Virus record (IMG/VR): IMGVR_UViG_3300011440_000022
Source of the DNA: an uncultured virus (IMG/VR IMGVR_UViG_3300011440_000022)
Lineage: Duplodnaviria > Heunggongvirae > Uroviricota > Caudoviricetes
Strand: one strand, 5' to 3'
Length of the DNA stretch: 64,000 nucleotides
Part shown: positions 28,278-38,550 of the stretch, piece by piece
Numbering within the stretch: the stretch's first letter is position 1
Layout of the letters: the number at the start of each line of letters is the position of its first letter
Translations under genes and position numbers: made by a program
Notes under the pieces: generated by a model
Told to the model about the DNA's origin: nothing
Databases searched by the model: none
What the model saw: the letters and a program-made list of their open reading frames with translations, nothing else

Positions 28278-28550
28278 ATGAAAACCGAGACCCGCAGCCA
28301 GAAGTGCCGGTGGAAGAACCACTACCCCACGATGGCGATGGCCGAACGTGCCCGAGTGAGAAACCAAAATCGACACGGTTGGCTTTTGAAAATCTACAAA
28401 TGCACAGAGTGTGACGAATTCCATCTCTCCCGATTTCGGGTGAGGGGGAAGCCAGTGCCCATTGTTGGGCCACGTAATCCAGACACAGACACAGACATAG
28501 GAGACAGACATGACCGAGACACCCACCCCCGCTTGTTGGACGACCACTGA
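28278..28550 (+). CDS. Small zinc-ribbon protein (C..K..Y....A..IYKC..C..FHL)
   Basis: Motif shared with 35913-36164. Confidence 0.55.
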   Translation: MKTETRSQKCRWKNHYPTMAMAERARVRNQNRHGWLLKIYKCTECDEFHLSRFRVRGKPVPIVGPRNPDTDTDIGDRHDRDTHPRLLDDH

Positions 28551-28633
28551 GGACGGCGGCTCACACAGCCGTACAATCTGCAAAGGGCACGATTACATCG
28601 ACCTCACTGACCTAGAACTATTGGAGTTCCTTT

Positions 28634-28909
28634 TTGAAACCGACTCAGCATCACAATCCTCGTGACCGTCTGACTCGCATCACCGATGCGGGTCTGGAAG
28701 GCGCGAGGGGCCACTCCGAATTCAAGGACGACGACCGCGTGATTGTGCTCATCTACGGTGACGACGGGATGGCCGGGATTGGCTTGGGCGGTTATAACGG
28801 TGACACCGTTCAAGCTGCCACCGACATGCTGTCTCACATCGAAGCGGTCTTTGAGGCCAACGGAATCCACATGAGCTTCATCCCATTGGAACAGAAGGGA
28901 CGGGGATAA
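28634..28909 (+). CDS. Hypothetical protein
   Basis: Coding bias; operon context. Confidence 0.55.
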   Translation: MKPTQHHNPRDRLTRITDAGLEGARGHSEFKDDDRVIVLIYGDDGMAGIGLGGYNGDTVQAATDMLSHIEAVFEANGIHMSFIPLEQKGRG

Positions 28910-29163
28910 TGACCTTCCGACCAATCACGCACTGGAACTACCGGATCATCGAGCACGAGGAAGACGAAGAGAGGGTCTTCACCATGCACGAGGTTTACTA
29001 CGACGACGAAGGCCCGCACTCGTGGACGGCCAAGCCGGTCACTCCAACCGCCGGTTCTCGGGACGAGATGATCTTGGTTCTGGAAGGCATGTTGCAGGAC
29101 GCGAAAACAAAGCCTGTTCTGCGGATCGAAAACGAGACCGGCCTGGTAGAAATCCCCGGTTGA
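28909..29163 (+). CDS. Conserved hypothetical phage protein (WNYRI..HEVYYD)
   Basis: Recognisable WNYR/EVYY motif. Confidence 0.7.
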   Translation: MTFRPITHWNYRIIEHEEDEERVFTMHEVYYDDEGPHSWTAKPVTPTAGSRDEMILVLEGMLQDAKTKPVLRIENETGLVEIPG

Positions 29164-29218
29164 CAAGTCCCTCCTGAGCGCCCTCGGGGAAGTGGGCGTG
29201 GGCAGAATCAGCTAGTTA

Positions 29219-29250
29219 GACCCCCTCTGCCAGTTAGAGGGGGTTTTTCT
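29219..29250 (+). terminator. Intrinsic terminator
   Basis: GACCCCCTCT...AGAGGGGGTT-TTTCT. Confidence 0.7.
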
Positions 29251-29263
29251 ATTCCATCTGGAT

Positions 29264-29291
29264 TTGCATTTCAATTACAGATGAGTATAAT
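29264..29291 (+). promoter_or_regulatory. Promoter TTGCAT-N16-TATAAT with CAATTAC
   Basis: Matches 9594 and 29510. Confidence 0.75.
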
Positions 29292-29331
29292 TCTGAGGGT
29301 AAGAACAAACCCCAACGAAGGGAGACCCATT

Positions 29332-29517
29332 ATGGAAGCAGTGCTGACACTCAAAGCAGAGGACGACAAAGACGTGAGCCTCTCGCTCTACGAAGATGGC
29401 TGGCTCGCCGTCACCAACCCAATCGAGGGAGGTACGTCGAGCAACTTCTACAAGCTGACCAAAGAGGAACTCAAAGCTCTGAGTCAGAAGCTCGCCACCC
29501 TTGCGGAGTTTGCATAA
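29332..29517 (+). CDS. Hypothetical protein
   Basis: GGGAG RBS, ATG 29332. Confidence 0.6.
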   Translation: MEAVLTLKAEDDKDVSLSLYEDGWLAVTNPIEGGTSSNFYKLTKEELKALSQKLATLAEFA

Positions 29518-29537
29518 CAATTACACCGATGTATAAT
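29510..29537 (+). promoter_or_regulatory. Promoter TTGCAT-N16-TATAAT with CAATTAC
   Basis: Matches 9594 and 29264. Confidence 0.75.
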
Positions 29538-29579
29538 TGGCTCGTGAGCAAGACACAGACACAGACAGGAGGCTCGCCT

Positions 29580-29819
29580 ATGACCACTACTCCCGTTCCC
29601 GTTGTGTGGGAACGCTACGACTCCGAAGAGGGCTACTACGGCCTGGTTTGGACGTTGGCCTCGGATGAGGCTGAGACCCCCGAGGTTGTCTACGAGACAA
29701 CCGAGTGGCCGATCAAGAGCCTGGTCGGTCGAGAGGTTGTCCAATTCGTTGAGGCCAGTGCCACCTATCGGTTTATGACCGACGAGGAAAACATGGCTCG
29801 ATTCCCGTGGGCCAAATGA
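29580..29819 (+). CDS. Hypothetical protein
   Basis: AGGAGG RBS, ATG 29580. Confidence 0.6.
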   Translation: MTTTPVPVVWERYDSEEGYYGLVWTLASDEAETPEVVYETTEWPIKSLVGREVVQFVEASATYRFMTDEENMARFPWAK

Positions 29820-30013
29820 GCCGGAGGTACGGCGACACGTCGGGCCTCTTCGGTGGCGAGAAGGTCTCCATCACCATCGGTGACGTGACCGCCACTGCCA
29901 CCTTCATCGCAGGCATCCAGGGAACCGCCGCCGAGAAGCTCTACATGGTGGAACTCGACGGGACGGGTCAGTTGATCCAAGTTCCCGGTTACACCATCAG
30001 CAAGACCGCTTGA
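29816..30013 (+). CDS. Small hypothetical protein
   Basis: ATGA-coupled. Confidence 0.55.
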   Translation: MSRRYGDTSGLFGGEKVSITIGDVTATATFIAGIQGTAAEKLYMVELDGTGQLIQVPGYTISKTA

Positions 30014-30264
30014 GAAAGAGAGACACGCCAATGGAGCGAAGAGTGATTGAACTCAAAAACAAACAAGCCGCCCTGGTTCGCCAGTGGACGGAGGCCACCA
30101 AGACCGGCAAGGTTCGGGAGGCCAAGGAAGCGCAGGCTGCGGCCCTGATGGTCACTTACGAAATACGGGGGGTCAAGTAACCGTGTTCTCTAGGATGCGG
30201 CCTCACGCCAGATGAGATTTGCAGTGGATTGTAAATCCGCTACAATTCAGAAAAGGAAACAGAC

Positions 30265-31224
30265 ATGAAAGGAACGATGCCAATGTCCATACTTCTCGCG
30301 ACAGACGAAGCTCTGTCGAAATTCAACGAAGAGCTTGTCAAGGTCTACGTGCCCGGCAAGAGCTTCGTCAAAGGCAAAGCGGGCGATGCTGATGTCGCTG
30401 CCGCTGCCAATGTTCTCAGTCCGCTGAAAAAGAGTTACCAGCGGCCCAACGGCGAGACCTACTTGCCTCGGGGAATCAACATCGGCGGTACTTCATTCCA
30501 AGACGTGGCCTTCATCGAGAAGGCGTACAGTCAGAATCTCGCCGTGCTTCTCTATGGGCCTCCCGGTACCGGCAAGACGGCGCTGATCGAAGCGGCCTTG
30601 GACGATGTCATTACCGTCCAGGGTTCCATCGAGACCGAGGCGGCAGACTTTGTCGGCTCATGGGTTCAGCAGCCGGACGGCACCTACGCATGGGTCGATG
30701 GCCCGGCCATTGTCTCAGCCGAGAACGGCGTGCCTCTTCTCATTGACGAGATTGCGCTGATCGATCCGAGGCAGTTGTCGGTGGTCTACTCACTGATGGA
30801 CGGTCGAGGCGAAATCACCGTGACCGCCAACCCCGACCGGGGCAAGGTAAAGGCCAAGCCTGGATTCTTGGTGTTCGGGGCGACCAACCCCGATGTGCCA
30901 GGGGCAGTAATGTCCGAGGCGCTTCTGAGCCGATTCGCATTTCACGTCGAAATGAAAACCGATTGGAAGGTCGCCAAGACTCTCAAGGTTCCAGCGCAGA
31001 TCATCGAGGTTGCCAGGAACCTAGAGAAGAAAGCCGAGACCGGTGTTGTGGGGAACCCTCCGCAGCTTCGTGAAGTGCTGGCTTACCGAGACATTGCCGA
31101 GACCTACGGTGAGGAAGTGGCACTCGCTAACTTCGTCGGCCAGGCCCGGCCCGAGGATCGGGTCTACGTGACCGAGGCAATCAAGTCGGTGTTCGGAGCG
31201 GATGCCAAGGCACTGACTTTCTAG
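30265..31224 (+). CDS. MoxR/CobS-like AAA+ ATPase
   Basis: GPPGTGKT, WVDGP, LLIDEI, ATNP, SEALLSRF. Confidence 0.9.
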   Translation: MKGTMPMSILLATDEALSKFNEELVKVYVPGKSFVKGKAGDADVAAAANVLSPLKKSYQRPNGETYLPRGINIGGTSFQDVAFIEKAYSQNLAVLLYGPPGTGKTALIEAALDDVITVQGSIETEAADFVGSWVQQPDGTYAWVDGPAIVSAENGVPLLIDEIALIDPRQLSVVYSLMDGRGEITVTANPDRGKVKAKPGFLVFGATNPDVPGAVMSEALLSRFAFHVEMKTDWKVAKTLKVPAQIIEVARNLEKKAETGVVGNPPQLREVLAYRDIAETYGEEVALANFVGQARPEDRVYVTEAIKSVFGADAKALTF

Positions 31225-31288
31225 GACACACAACAATTACGACCTGCTATAATCAGATCAGACACAGACAAGAAATAGGAGAACGCCT

Positions 31289-31726
31289 ATGACCACACCT
31301 ACCGCCAAGATCGTCAAGACCGACCGCATAGATCGGCATGACGGCATCGATGCCTACGGGCTTCATATCGAGTACCTCCGGTTCTACCGGGAGTCAATGA
31401 AACTGCACAGCCAAGTGCAAGTGTTCCTCACCGGGAACAACGTCTACGTCTACCAGCGAGCCAAGGGTTCCAAGAAAGCCCGTTGGTCGGGATTGCAGTA
31501 CGCCGACCACGCTGCCGCCCGAGAGCAAGTCCGTACTCTGCTCGCCAAGTCCGAGTCCGACAGTATCGGAGCGGTGGTGCGAGGCGTGCCGACCCTGGTG
31601 CAATTGACCGAGTCCGACATCGAGTCGATCAAGAACGGCCAGAAGCCGTCCGCTCGCTACGACGGCGGCACTCGGAACAACCGACTGTTCGGCAAGATTG
31701 ACGACGAGACTTGGGTACCGGAATGA
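31289..31726 (+). CDS. Hypothetical protein
   Basis: Own promoter-like CAATTAC-N7-TATAAT (31234-31253) and AGGAG RBS. Confidence 0.65.
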   Translation: MTTPTAKIVKTDRIDRHDGIDAYGLHIEYLRFYRESMKLHSQVQVFLTGNNVYVYQRAKGSKKARWSGLQYADHAAAREQVRTLLAKSESDSIGAVVRGVPTLVQLTESDIESIKNGQKPSARYDGGTRNNRLFGKIDDETWVPE

Positions 31727-33747
31727 CCACCATCGCTCCGGTTAAGAACGCCTACCCCGACATCTCGGTTCTGATGAGCACCAAGGTCGAATTTCAGCGA
31801 GTCTTAAATGAGATGCTGAGGGAGATGGGCCTGAAACGGGACGGTGTTCTGGCGAAGGTCAGTTGGGATACCGTGAAGCCCGCCCCGGCGATGGCCTGGT
31901 ACACGCCGGGTGAGGCCGACATCACGTTCCACGTTGGCGAGTTTCTGAGACTCCATCCTGACCTTGACGTGAGCGATCTGGCGAAGGCCATCCTCGATGG
32001 CGACAGTTGGGTTCGCTACTCGGGCCGGTCAATGACCGCTGGTGGCACCAAGGCTCACAACAAGATCAGACGGGAGGTTCTCGGTGTCCTCATCCACGAG
32101 GCGGCGCACGCTCGTTGGTCAACTTGGGCCGGTACCAAATTCAGGACAACTCTGCCCATCATTCACACTCTGACCATCTTTGAGGAAGGCCGAGTTGAGA
32201 AGCGGGCTATCGATGAGCGGAACCCGCACTTCCCCAAATTCAGAACGAAGGAATATCTGAGGGCAGTCGGACGACTGCTTTTCGATGAGCTTTCAAAAGC
32301 TGACATGGTTTCGGTTGGACAGGCATTGCAGGCCTGGGCACTCATCAAGGGTCGGGCTAATGCCGGGACTCTGAGCGCTCTGGAATTCTCGCCCATCGAC
32401 AATGTCATGCGGTCTCATTTCGGTGACGATCTAATTGACGATCTGACCGACATCTACGACGAGGCGATGTCAGTCGATGCCAACCATGACTTTGAGCGGT
32501 TGGTCGAGCTTGCCAAGGAATGGAACGAGACTGCCGGAATCACCAGCGAAGATACTGAGGGTGACGAAGGTGGTTGCTCCCATCATGTCAAGGAAAAGGC
32601 CAAGGGCGAAGTCGGTACCAAGGGCAAGACCGAGGATGCCGACAAGGAAGATGGCGAAGAGGGTGAGGGCGGCGGCGACGGCGACGGAGATGGCGGGGAA
32701 GGCGAAAGCGATGCTCCCGGCAAACCCACTGACGGTGAGAGTAGCGACGGCGAATCTGACGAAAGTGAATTCGTTGATGCCGATGAAACGCCGCTGATCG
32801 AGGTTGAGGGTGATTCCTCATCCGCCACCGCTGACGGCATCCCGGCATTCCGCAAGGCCGTGACCAAGCTGGTCGAGGAAGTGGATTGGGAGCGAGTTGA
32901 AATCGAGACCACCAACCCTCGGGAAGCAGTGTCGAAGGTTTTTGAAAAGAGGCAGAGCTACGAGGGCGCTCAGTGGAAAGTCCGCAAGCCGACTCCCCAT
33001 GAGGTTGCGGCATCGAACAAGCTGGCGCAGCACTTTGAGACTCTGACTGTTCCGACCATTACCTCAGCGCGGGTGCTCTCTGAGCAGCCCACCGGACGAC
33101 TCAAGAGCCGGGAGGCGGTGAGGCGATCTGCCGAACGAGCGCAGGGTCGAATGAGCACGGCCAAGCCCTGGATCGACAAAAAGCGGAAGCATGGTCTTGG
33201 CGCTCCGGTCATAGTGGGCATCGCAACCGATACCTCGGGGTCGATGTCTTGGGCGCAGAGCATGGTCGCCACCGCTGCCTACATCGTGGGCAAGGCGGGC
33301 CACCGGATTCACGCTAAGACCGCAGCCGTCACCTTCGGAACGTTTGTCGAGTCGGTCTTGAACCCCGACGAGATTCCGACCGAGGTTCGGGAGCGTCAAG
33401 CCAACGGCGGGGTCGAGGAATTCGACATCGCAATGGCTGCTCTGGATGGGGCGCTTGGTCTGACCACTGCGCCAGGAGCCAAGGTGCTGATCGTGATTTC
33501 AGACAACGAGCTTGTGAACGCCTTTGAGCCAGAGAAGCGAGCGGCCTGGATGGAACGGATGCACAAGGCCGGGGTCGCCATCATTTGGGTCGATCAAGCC
33601 GACCATGCGATACCGAACGTTGAGGCAATCAGGATCGACAGGCACCACCACAACGCCGAGTCTCTGCCGATGGAGTTGGTACGAGTGATTTCAAAAGCGG
33701 TTGACAAGGCCTTCGCCTCAAAGCGTGGAAGCGGATGGGGTTCGTAA
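31723..33747 (+). CDS. CobT-like VWA protein with an N-terminal HExxH metallopeptidase-like domain
   Basis: IHEAAH..FEEGRVE; acidic linker; MIDAS DTSGSM..VISD. Confidence 0.85.
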   Translation: MTTIAPVKNAYPDISVLMSTKVEFQRVLNEMLREMGLKRDGVLAKVSWDTVKPAPAMAWYTPGEADITFHVGEFLRLHPDLDVSDLAKAILDGDSWVRYSGRSMTAGGTKAHNKIRREVLGVLIHEAAHARWSTWAGTKFRTTLPIIHTLTIFEEGRVEKRAIDERNPHFPKFRTKEYLRAVGRLLFDELSKADMVSVGQALQAWALIKGRANAGTLSALEFSPIDNVMRSHFGDDLIDDLTDIYDEAMSVDANHDFERLVELAKEWNETAGITSEDTEGDEGGCSHHVKEKAKGEVGTKGKTEDADKEDGEEGEGGGDGDGDGGEGESDAPGKPTDGESSDGESDESEFVDADETPLIEVEGDSSSATADGIPAFRKAVTKLVEEVDWERVEIETTNPREAVSKVFEKRQSYEGAQWKVRKPTPHEVAASNKLAQHFETLTVPTITSARVLSEQPTGRLKSREAVRRSAERAQGRMSTAKPWIDKKRKHGLGAPVIVGIATDTSGSMSWAQSMVATAAYIVGKAGHRIHAKTAAVTFGTFVESVLNPDEIPTEVRERQANGGVEEFDIAMAALDGALGLTTAPGAKVLIVISDNELVNAFEPEKRAAWMERMHKAGVAIIWVDQADHAIPNVEAIRIDRHHHNAESLPMELVRVISKAVDKAFASKRGSGWGS

Positions 33748-34112
33748 TGAGCCGACGTTCCGAAGGCCGTCCCGACCGGCACTCTGAGCGCTCGGAGACT
33801 TACGGCGACCACGACTTCAAGGGTCTAGGAATCACCCTCTGCCACAACTGCGGGGAGCCGACTCGTGACCATCCGTTGGAGCCATGTCGCCGTAAGCCGA
33901 AGAATGCCGTTGCCGTGATTGCAGGCGGTGGTAAATTGCCACGCAAGACAAGACCGAGAGAAGGCCTGGACAAGAAATGAATTGTGCTTTGAGCCAATGC
34001 GAACACGCGCCCGCTGTAGCGGTGTTGGGTGACATGCTCCCCCTCTGCCAGCTACATGCTGATCGACTCTTCTCAGCTTCGCCCGACCTTCCAGACCTCA
34101 GATGGGCCGACC

Positions 34113-34487
34113 ATGACTGAGCGGATCGAGCCAAGCGTCGAGCAGATCACAACCGGGATTCACAAACTCAATCGGGAGTATTTGGAATGCCGCACTATCG
34201 GGCACGCTTGGATGCCGAGCTACGTGGGGCCGGTGGCAAAGTCGAACGATCAGGATTTGAAATCCCGAGCGCTTCACCATCCCTGGCATCCCGACGCAGT
34301 CCGTGTTCTGATCTGCCAGCGGTGTCACACCGAGCGGATCGATCTTTGCGTGGTCGGGTATGGGAGGGACACCTACAGCTATCGGATGGTGTCCCGACAA
34401 TATCGGTATCAGGACGGGTACAAGGTGGAAGGCGCTCATAACCATCGAGAGCTTTTACACGAAGAGCTATTCAGGAGAAGCACATGA
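34113..34487 (+). CDS. Hypothetical protein (CR..GH.W..C.RC.TER)
   Basis: Conserved actinophage-type Cys motif. Confidence 0.6.
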   Translation: MTERIEPSVEQITTGIHKLNREYLECRTIGHAWMPSYVGPVAKSNDQDLKSRALHHPWHPDAVRVLICQRCHTERIDLCVVGYGRDTYSYRMVSRQYRYQDGYKVEGAHNHRELLHEELFRRST

Positions 34488-35140
34488 CTGTGATTGGACA
34501 CATCGAGGACATCGAGGACAACGACAACGGGTCTTTCACCGAGGCCGTTCGGGTCGCTCTGCTCAACACCGGCAAGGTGGAAGTCACCGCCAAGGACATC
34601 GTTGATTCAATGGACGGAGCTATCAACGCGAGCCAGGCCTCAACCGCTCTCTCGTATCTGCGAAACAACCGGGAAACGACCGGCATCGTCCGCATCTCAC
34701 AGGGCGTGTATTCCTACCAGCCAGACAATCTCGACAAGGACATGGGCGACGTGCACCGGGAGTCGAAGAGAAGCAACTCTCACGTTGACATAGTGAGAAC
34801 GGTTTTCACATCGCATCCAGGCCAGGAACTCACCAGCCGGGATATTCAAAAACTGCTCGACCCCGAGAGCACGTTCTCCATCCGCCAGATCAGTCAGGCA
34901 ATCAGCAACCTCGTGAGCAAGGAACCCGGTCTCGTCCGAGTCGGAGCGGGTCGATACGTCTACCGAGCCAACGTCGAGGGAGTCGAGCTTGATGGGATCG
35001 GTGACAAGGTTCCCGACGACTTCCTCATCGATGCCGGACTGAACGTGGTGGCCCGAGCACAGGACGGGAGCCGGGTTGCCGTCGATGAGAACGGCGTTGC
35101 CTGGCTCATCAGCATCAGAGTCGAGGGCCGGTTGCTGTGA
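34484..35140 (+). CDS. Protein with tandem winged-HTH-like repeats
   Basis: Two repeats ending IVRISQGVYSY and LVRVGAGRYVY. Confidence 0.6.
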   Translation: MTVIGHIEDIEDNDNGSFTEAVRVALLNTGKVEVTAKDIVDSMDGAINASQASTALSYLRNNRETTGIVRISQGVYSYQPDNLDKDMGDVHRESKRSNSHVDIVRTVFTSHPGQELTSRDIQKLLDPESTFSIRQISQAISNLVSKEPGLVRVGAGRYVYRANVEGVELDGIGDKVPDDFLIDAGLNVVARAQDGSRVAVDENGVAWLISIRVEGRLL

Positions 35141-35460
35141 CCTTGCCAAGACGACATGTAGATCACACCACCTTGCCTCCGAAGCTCATTGAGCGGTTGG
35201 AGATAGGCGATTGTTGGACATGGACAGGGCCAGTCAATAGCACTGGCTATGGCCGAAGTTCAATCAATGGGCAACCAGGCGGCGTACATCGAGTGGTGTA
35301 CGAGCACCTAGTGGGGTCAGTTGATCCCGGTCTCGACATCGATCATCTATGTCGAAACAGGGTTTGTGTCAATCCAGACCACATGGAACCCGTTTCACGT
35401 TCAGTGAATTTGAAAAGAGGTCGAGCGGGAGGGGATCGAAGTGCCAAAAGAGCGGTGTGA
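35137..35460 (+). CDS. HNH endonuclease
   Basis: CWTWTG..GYG..HRV.Y..DHLCRNR.CVNPDH.EPV...N. Confidence 0.88.
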   Translation: MTLPRRHVDHTTLPPKLIERLEIGDCWTWTGPVNSTGYGRSSINGQPGGVHRVVYEHLVGSVDPGLDIDHLCRNRVCVNPDHMEPVSRSVNLKRGRAGGDRSAKRAV

Positions 35461-35737
35461 CTTCTGTAGCTCGTCGGAAGTCGCTTGGGCTTACCCGGCC
35501 AAGAGCTTTGTCTATGACGAAGTCAGCGGGTCACTCGGGGCGTGGGCGGCGTGCTCCGAGTGCAGCGATCTAATCGAAACCGAGAATCATCATGCTCTGG
35601 CAAAGCGCTCACTCGACAATGCCGGGTCGTGGGTCGCCCAACTCAGTTACAGCGACTACGAGGATTTACTCAAGGGCGTCAAAGACGTGCACAACAAGTT
35701 CCGATCCGCCCGTACCGGGGAGCGACAAGCCGCATGA
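35441..35737 (+). CDS. Zinc-finger hypothetical protein
   Basis: CDFC..WAAC.EC. Confidence 0.65.
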   Translation: MPKERCDFCSSSEVAWAYPAKSFVYDEVSGSLGAWAACSECSDLIETENHHALAKRSLDNAGSWVAQLSYSDYEDLLKGVKDVHNKFRSARTGERQAA

Positions 35738-35912
35738 TCGATATGACGGCCTTGCGTGAGTCGATCATCGAACGACTCGACATGCCTTGGAAGGGCCACT
35801 GCACCTACGACGGCCCAAGCAGTCAGCCTTGTTGCTCGTCATGGAACGAAGAGCGCAACGGCAGGATTTTTGAATCCGACATTGACGACATCATCAAATT
35901 GGTGGTGGCCGC

Positions 35913-36164
35913 ATGACGAAGAGCGCGGGGAGCCACTCACCACGGCCCTCAACCGACAATCAGCAAACCCGTCCGGCTATCTCGGCTACATGCGGCAAGC
36001 GTGTTTTCAATACCAGGGATCGGGCTAAGAAATGGGCGAAAGGGAGGAAGCAACTGAACCTCCGGCCCTACCAATGCAAGACGTGCGGACTCTGGCATCT
36101 CACTTCATGGAGCGCCGCCGAGTTTGCCAGATTCAGAGAGCATGAAGCACGAGGAAGAAAATGA
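35913..36164 (+). CDS. Small zinc-ribbon protein
   Basis: CGKR.F...RPYQC..CG.WHLTS. Confidence 0.6.
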   Translation: MTKSAGSHSPRPSTDNQQTRPAISATCGKRVFNTRDRAKKWAKGRKQLNLRPYQCKTCGLWHLTSWSAAEFARFREHEARGRK

Positions 36165-36243
36165 ACCCAACTGAAAATGGTCGTTGCTTGGAGGGCAGCG
36201 GTGATAGGAGAAGCGATAGTCCCAAACATTCGGTTCTACGCCG

Positions 36244-36648
36244 ATGCCCTCCGAACAACGACCCGAGGATTTTACTTTGAGCTACGTGTCACTGACCGAT
36301 CCCGAGGTACGGGAGCTTGCTCTCGGCATCATGGCCGGGACGGTGTTCACCGACCGGCAACTTCTCGATCCCCAAGACATAACGATGGTGTTCCCCGTCT
36401 TGTCGATGATGACACCCGAGCAATATCAGGAGTCCGTGATCGATGTCGTTCTCCCCGGTGGGATTGAGGATGCTGCCCCGGTCGGACTGATCTACGAGCA
36501 CTTGGATAAGGCAGGCCCGCGGTCGGTCAATGGCTACCCTATGTTCTTCTCGCTAAGGGTGATGTCGCCATCCGACCTAGAGCGAGTGCAAGGGGTGATG
36601 GACGAGCTTGGAGCCGTCCTTGGAGTGGGAGCGAACGAAGAGGAATGA
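36244..36648 (+). CDS. Conserved hypothetical phage protein
   Basis: YE.L.KAGPRSVNGYPMFFS motif. Confidence 0.65.
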   Translation: MPSEQRPEDFTLSYVSLTDPEVRELALGIMAGTVFTDRQLLDPQDITMVFPVLSMMTPEQYQESVIDVVLPGGIEDAAPVGLIYEHLDKAGPRSVNGYPMFFSLRVMSPSDLERVQGVMDELGAVLGVGANEEE

Positions 36649-37028
36649 CCGAGACTCTTGACATCGTCATGTCGCTGGTGCTTATCGCACTCGTCGCGTC
36701 CATGTTCATCATGCAGCGCAAGACAGCCCGGCACGCGTACTACTCCGGCTATTGGGCTGGCCGCAACGACGAGGTCGTGCGGGAAATCTACGAGCAGAAC
36801 GACGAGCATATCTACGCCGACCACGAGGGCTACCTCAGTGAGATGGCCCAAGTGGTGTCGCAGCAACTTGCCGAGCGGGGCGTTGATTACAAAGAGTGGC
36901 CGGAGTGGGACGGCATCAACCGGCTCGTTCTCGGTCTGCCCGAGGAAAGCCAGGCCGCTCTTCTCACCGGCGAGATAGCCACCCGACAGCCTTCCTTCGT
37001 ACGGCGTTTTCAGTGGCCGTGGAATTGA
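36645..37028 (+). CDS. Membrane-anchored hypothetical protein
   Basis: N-terminal TM segment; ATGA-coupled. Confidence 0.6.
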   Translation: MTETLDIVMSLVLIALVASMFIMQRKTARHAYYSGYWAGRNDEVVREIYEQNDEHIYADHEGYLSEMAQVVSQQLAERGVDYKEWPEWDGINRLVLGLPEESQAALLTGEIATRQPSFVRRFQWPWN

Positions 37029-37272
37029 CCCGTTTCCGAATCAACGCGCCCTACTTGTACCAAGGTGGGGTCGTGGTGAATTGGGAATCAGAGAAGCTCC
37101 GTGGGCAACATGAGTCCGGCGAAGGCGCATTGCCAGAGGACATCGAGGGCTTGACCCGAGTTGAATATCTGAGCATGTGGACTGAGAGCGGGAAGCCGGT
37201 TCGCGGTCGTAGATCGAACGGCAAGTCGAACTTCCCCTCTCGCTTCTGACACCAACCCAACAAGAGGACAAC

Positions 37273-37881
37273 ATGACCAAGATAAGACTGGCCCTGGCCG
37301 CTGCATTGATCCTGATACCCCTGACCGCCCAAGCTCACGACCACGAAGAGATTCAAGAGTGGGAGTCGAGTTGGGAAGCCCGAGTCGAGAAGGTCTACCA
37401 AGACATTCAGGAAACCGACGTGCTCACATCGAGCGCCATCGAGCGGCTGGCGGTTCTGAATTTTGAAAGACAGGATTTTGAATCCCGCCATTCCTGCCAC
37501 TTCACCGGCGATTGCAGCCCGACCACTACAGCGGCGATAGCGTCAGCGACCGGGGAAGTGTCCCAAGCAGCGGCGGGCGAGATTTGGATGGACTCGGTCG
37601 AAGAGTGGCGTCCGCTGGTGGCCGGACACTTCGCCCCTGGTGATGTCGAGACCGCCCTCTGCCTCATGGAGCGAGAGAGCGCGGGAAATCCCACTGCGAA
37701 AAACCCGAGCGGAGCCTCCGGTCTGATGCAAGTCATGCCAGGATGGGCCAATGACTTCGGAATGTCAGTGAACGACTTGATGATCCCCGAGAAGAACCTC
37801 TACGCCGCCGCCAGGATCAAGGACATACAGGGCTGGACAGCTTGGAGTCCATACAATCGGGGCGAATGTCGGGGATTGTAA
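37273..37881 (+). CDS. Secreted SLT-type lytic transglycosylase
   Basis: Signal peptide; RESAGNP.A.N.SGASGLMQV; N...A..I...GW..W. Confidence 0.8.
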   Translation: MTKIRLALAAALILIPLTAQAHDHEEIQEWESSWEARVEKVYQDIQETDVLTSSAIERLAVLNFERQDFESRHSCHFTGDCSPTTTAAIASATGEVSQAAAGEIWMDSVEEWRPLVAGHFAPGDVETALCLMERESAGNPTAKNPSGASGLMQVMPGWANDFGMSVNDLMIPEKNLYAAARIKDIQGWTAWSPYNRGECRGL

Positions 37882-38172
37882 ATGAGCAGGCCAACACTCG
37901 CCAAGAGGGTCAACGTCGTCACCTGGGTTTACTGGACGGCTCTAGTGGCTTGGATACGCCGCAAATGGTAAATCGCAAGAGGACACTCACCGAGGAACTT
38001 GAGGAATTGGAGCGCACCAACCCGGCAGTAGCCGAAGCAGCGCAGCGCTACGACGAGACTGTGAGCCGCCTGCTCGGGCGCACTCGGATAGATCGGTTCA
38101 AGGAACATCGGCTCGGCAATTGCCAGCCAGCGACTTGTCCGTATCTGCACACCAAGGAAGAGAGGGAGACTG

Positions 38173-38370
38173 ATGGCTGACGAGGTAATGGTTCGGTACG
38201 GCAGCGCCGGGGTGAAGATCGCAGACACCTTCATGGAGCTTGTGCCCACAGCCAAGGTACGAGTCAAGGCCACTCGGGGCGGTGGCGGTGGGCCAACCAT
38301 TCATCTCATTGCCACCGAAGCTGAGATGGATTCCATTTACGAAGCCTTGCAAGAGCGTCTTAGTGAGTGA
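38173..38370 (+). CDS. Hypothetical protein
   Basis: GGGAG RBS; operon context. Confidence 0.5.
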   Translation: MADEVMVRYGSAGVKIADTFMELVPTAKVRVKATRGGGGGPTIHLIATEAEMDSIYEALQERLSE

Positions 38371-38550
38371 GTTCGCGCAAGGCATGTTGGTCGGTGTCAC
38401 CATCACCCTCTTGGTGATGTTCGTGCTCTTGGCCGTGCTCGTGGGCCGACGAATCAACAAGCAGCAAAGAGAGCAACAAGATCAGCGGGTAAACGACCGG
38501 CGCTGACTTCGGGCTGGTAGGGTGAGGCGACTCGGAAACAGCCTCAGACA

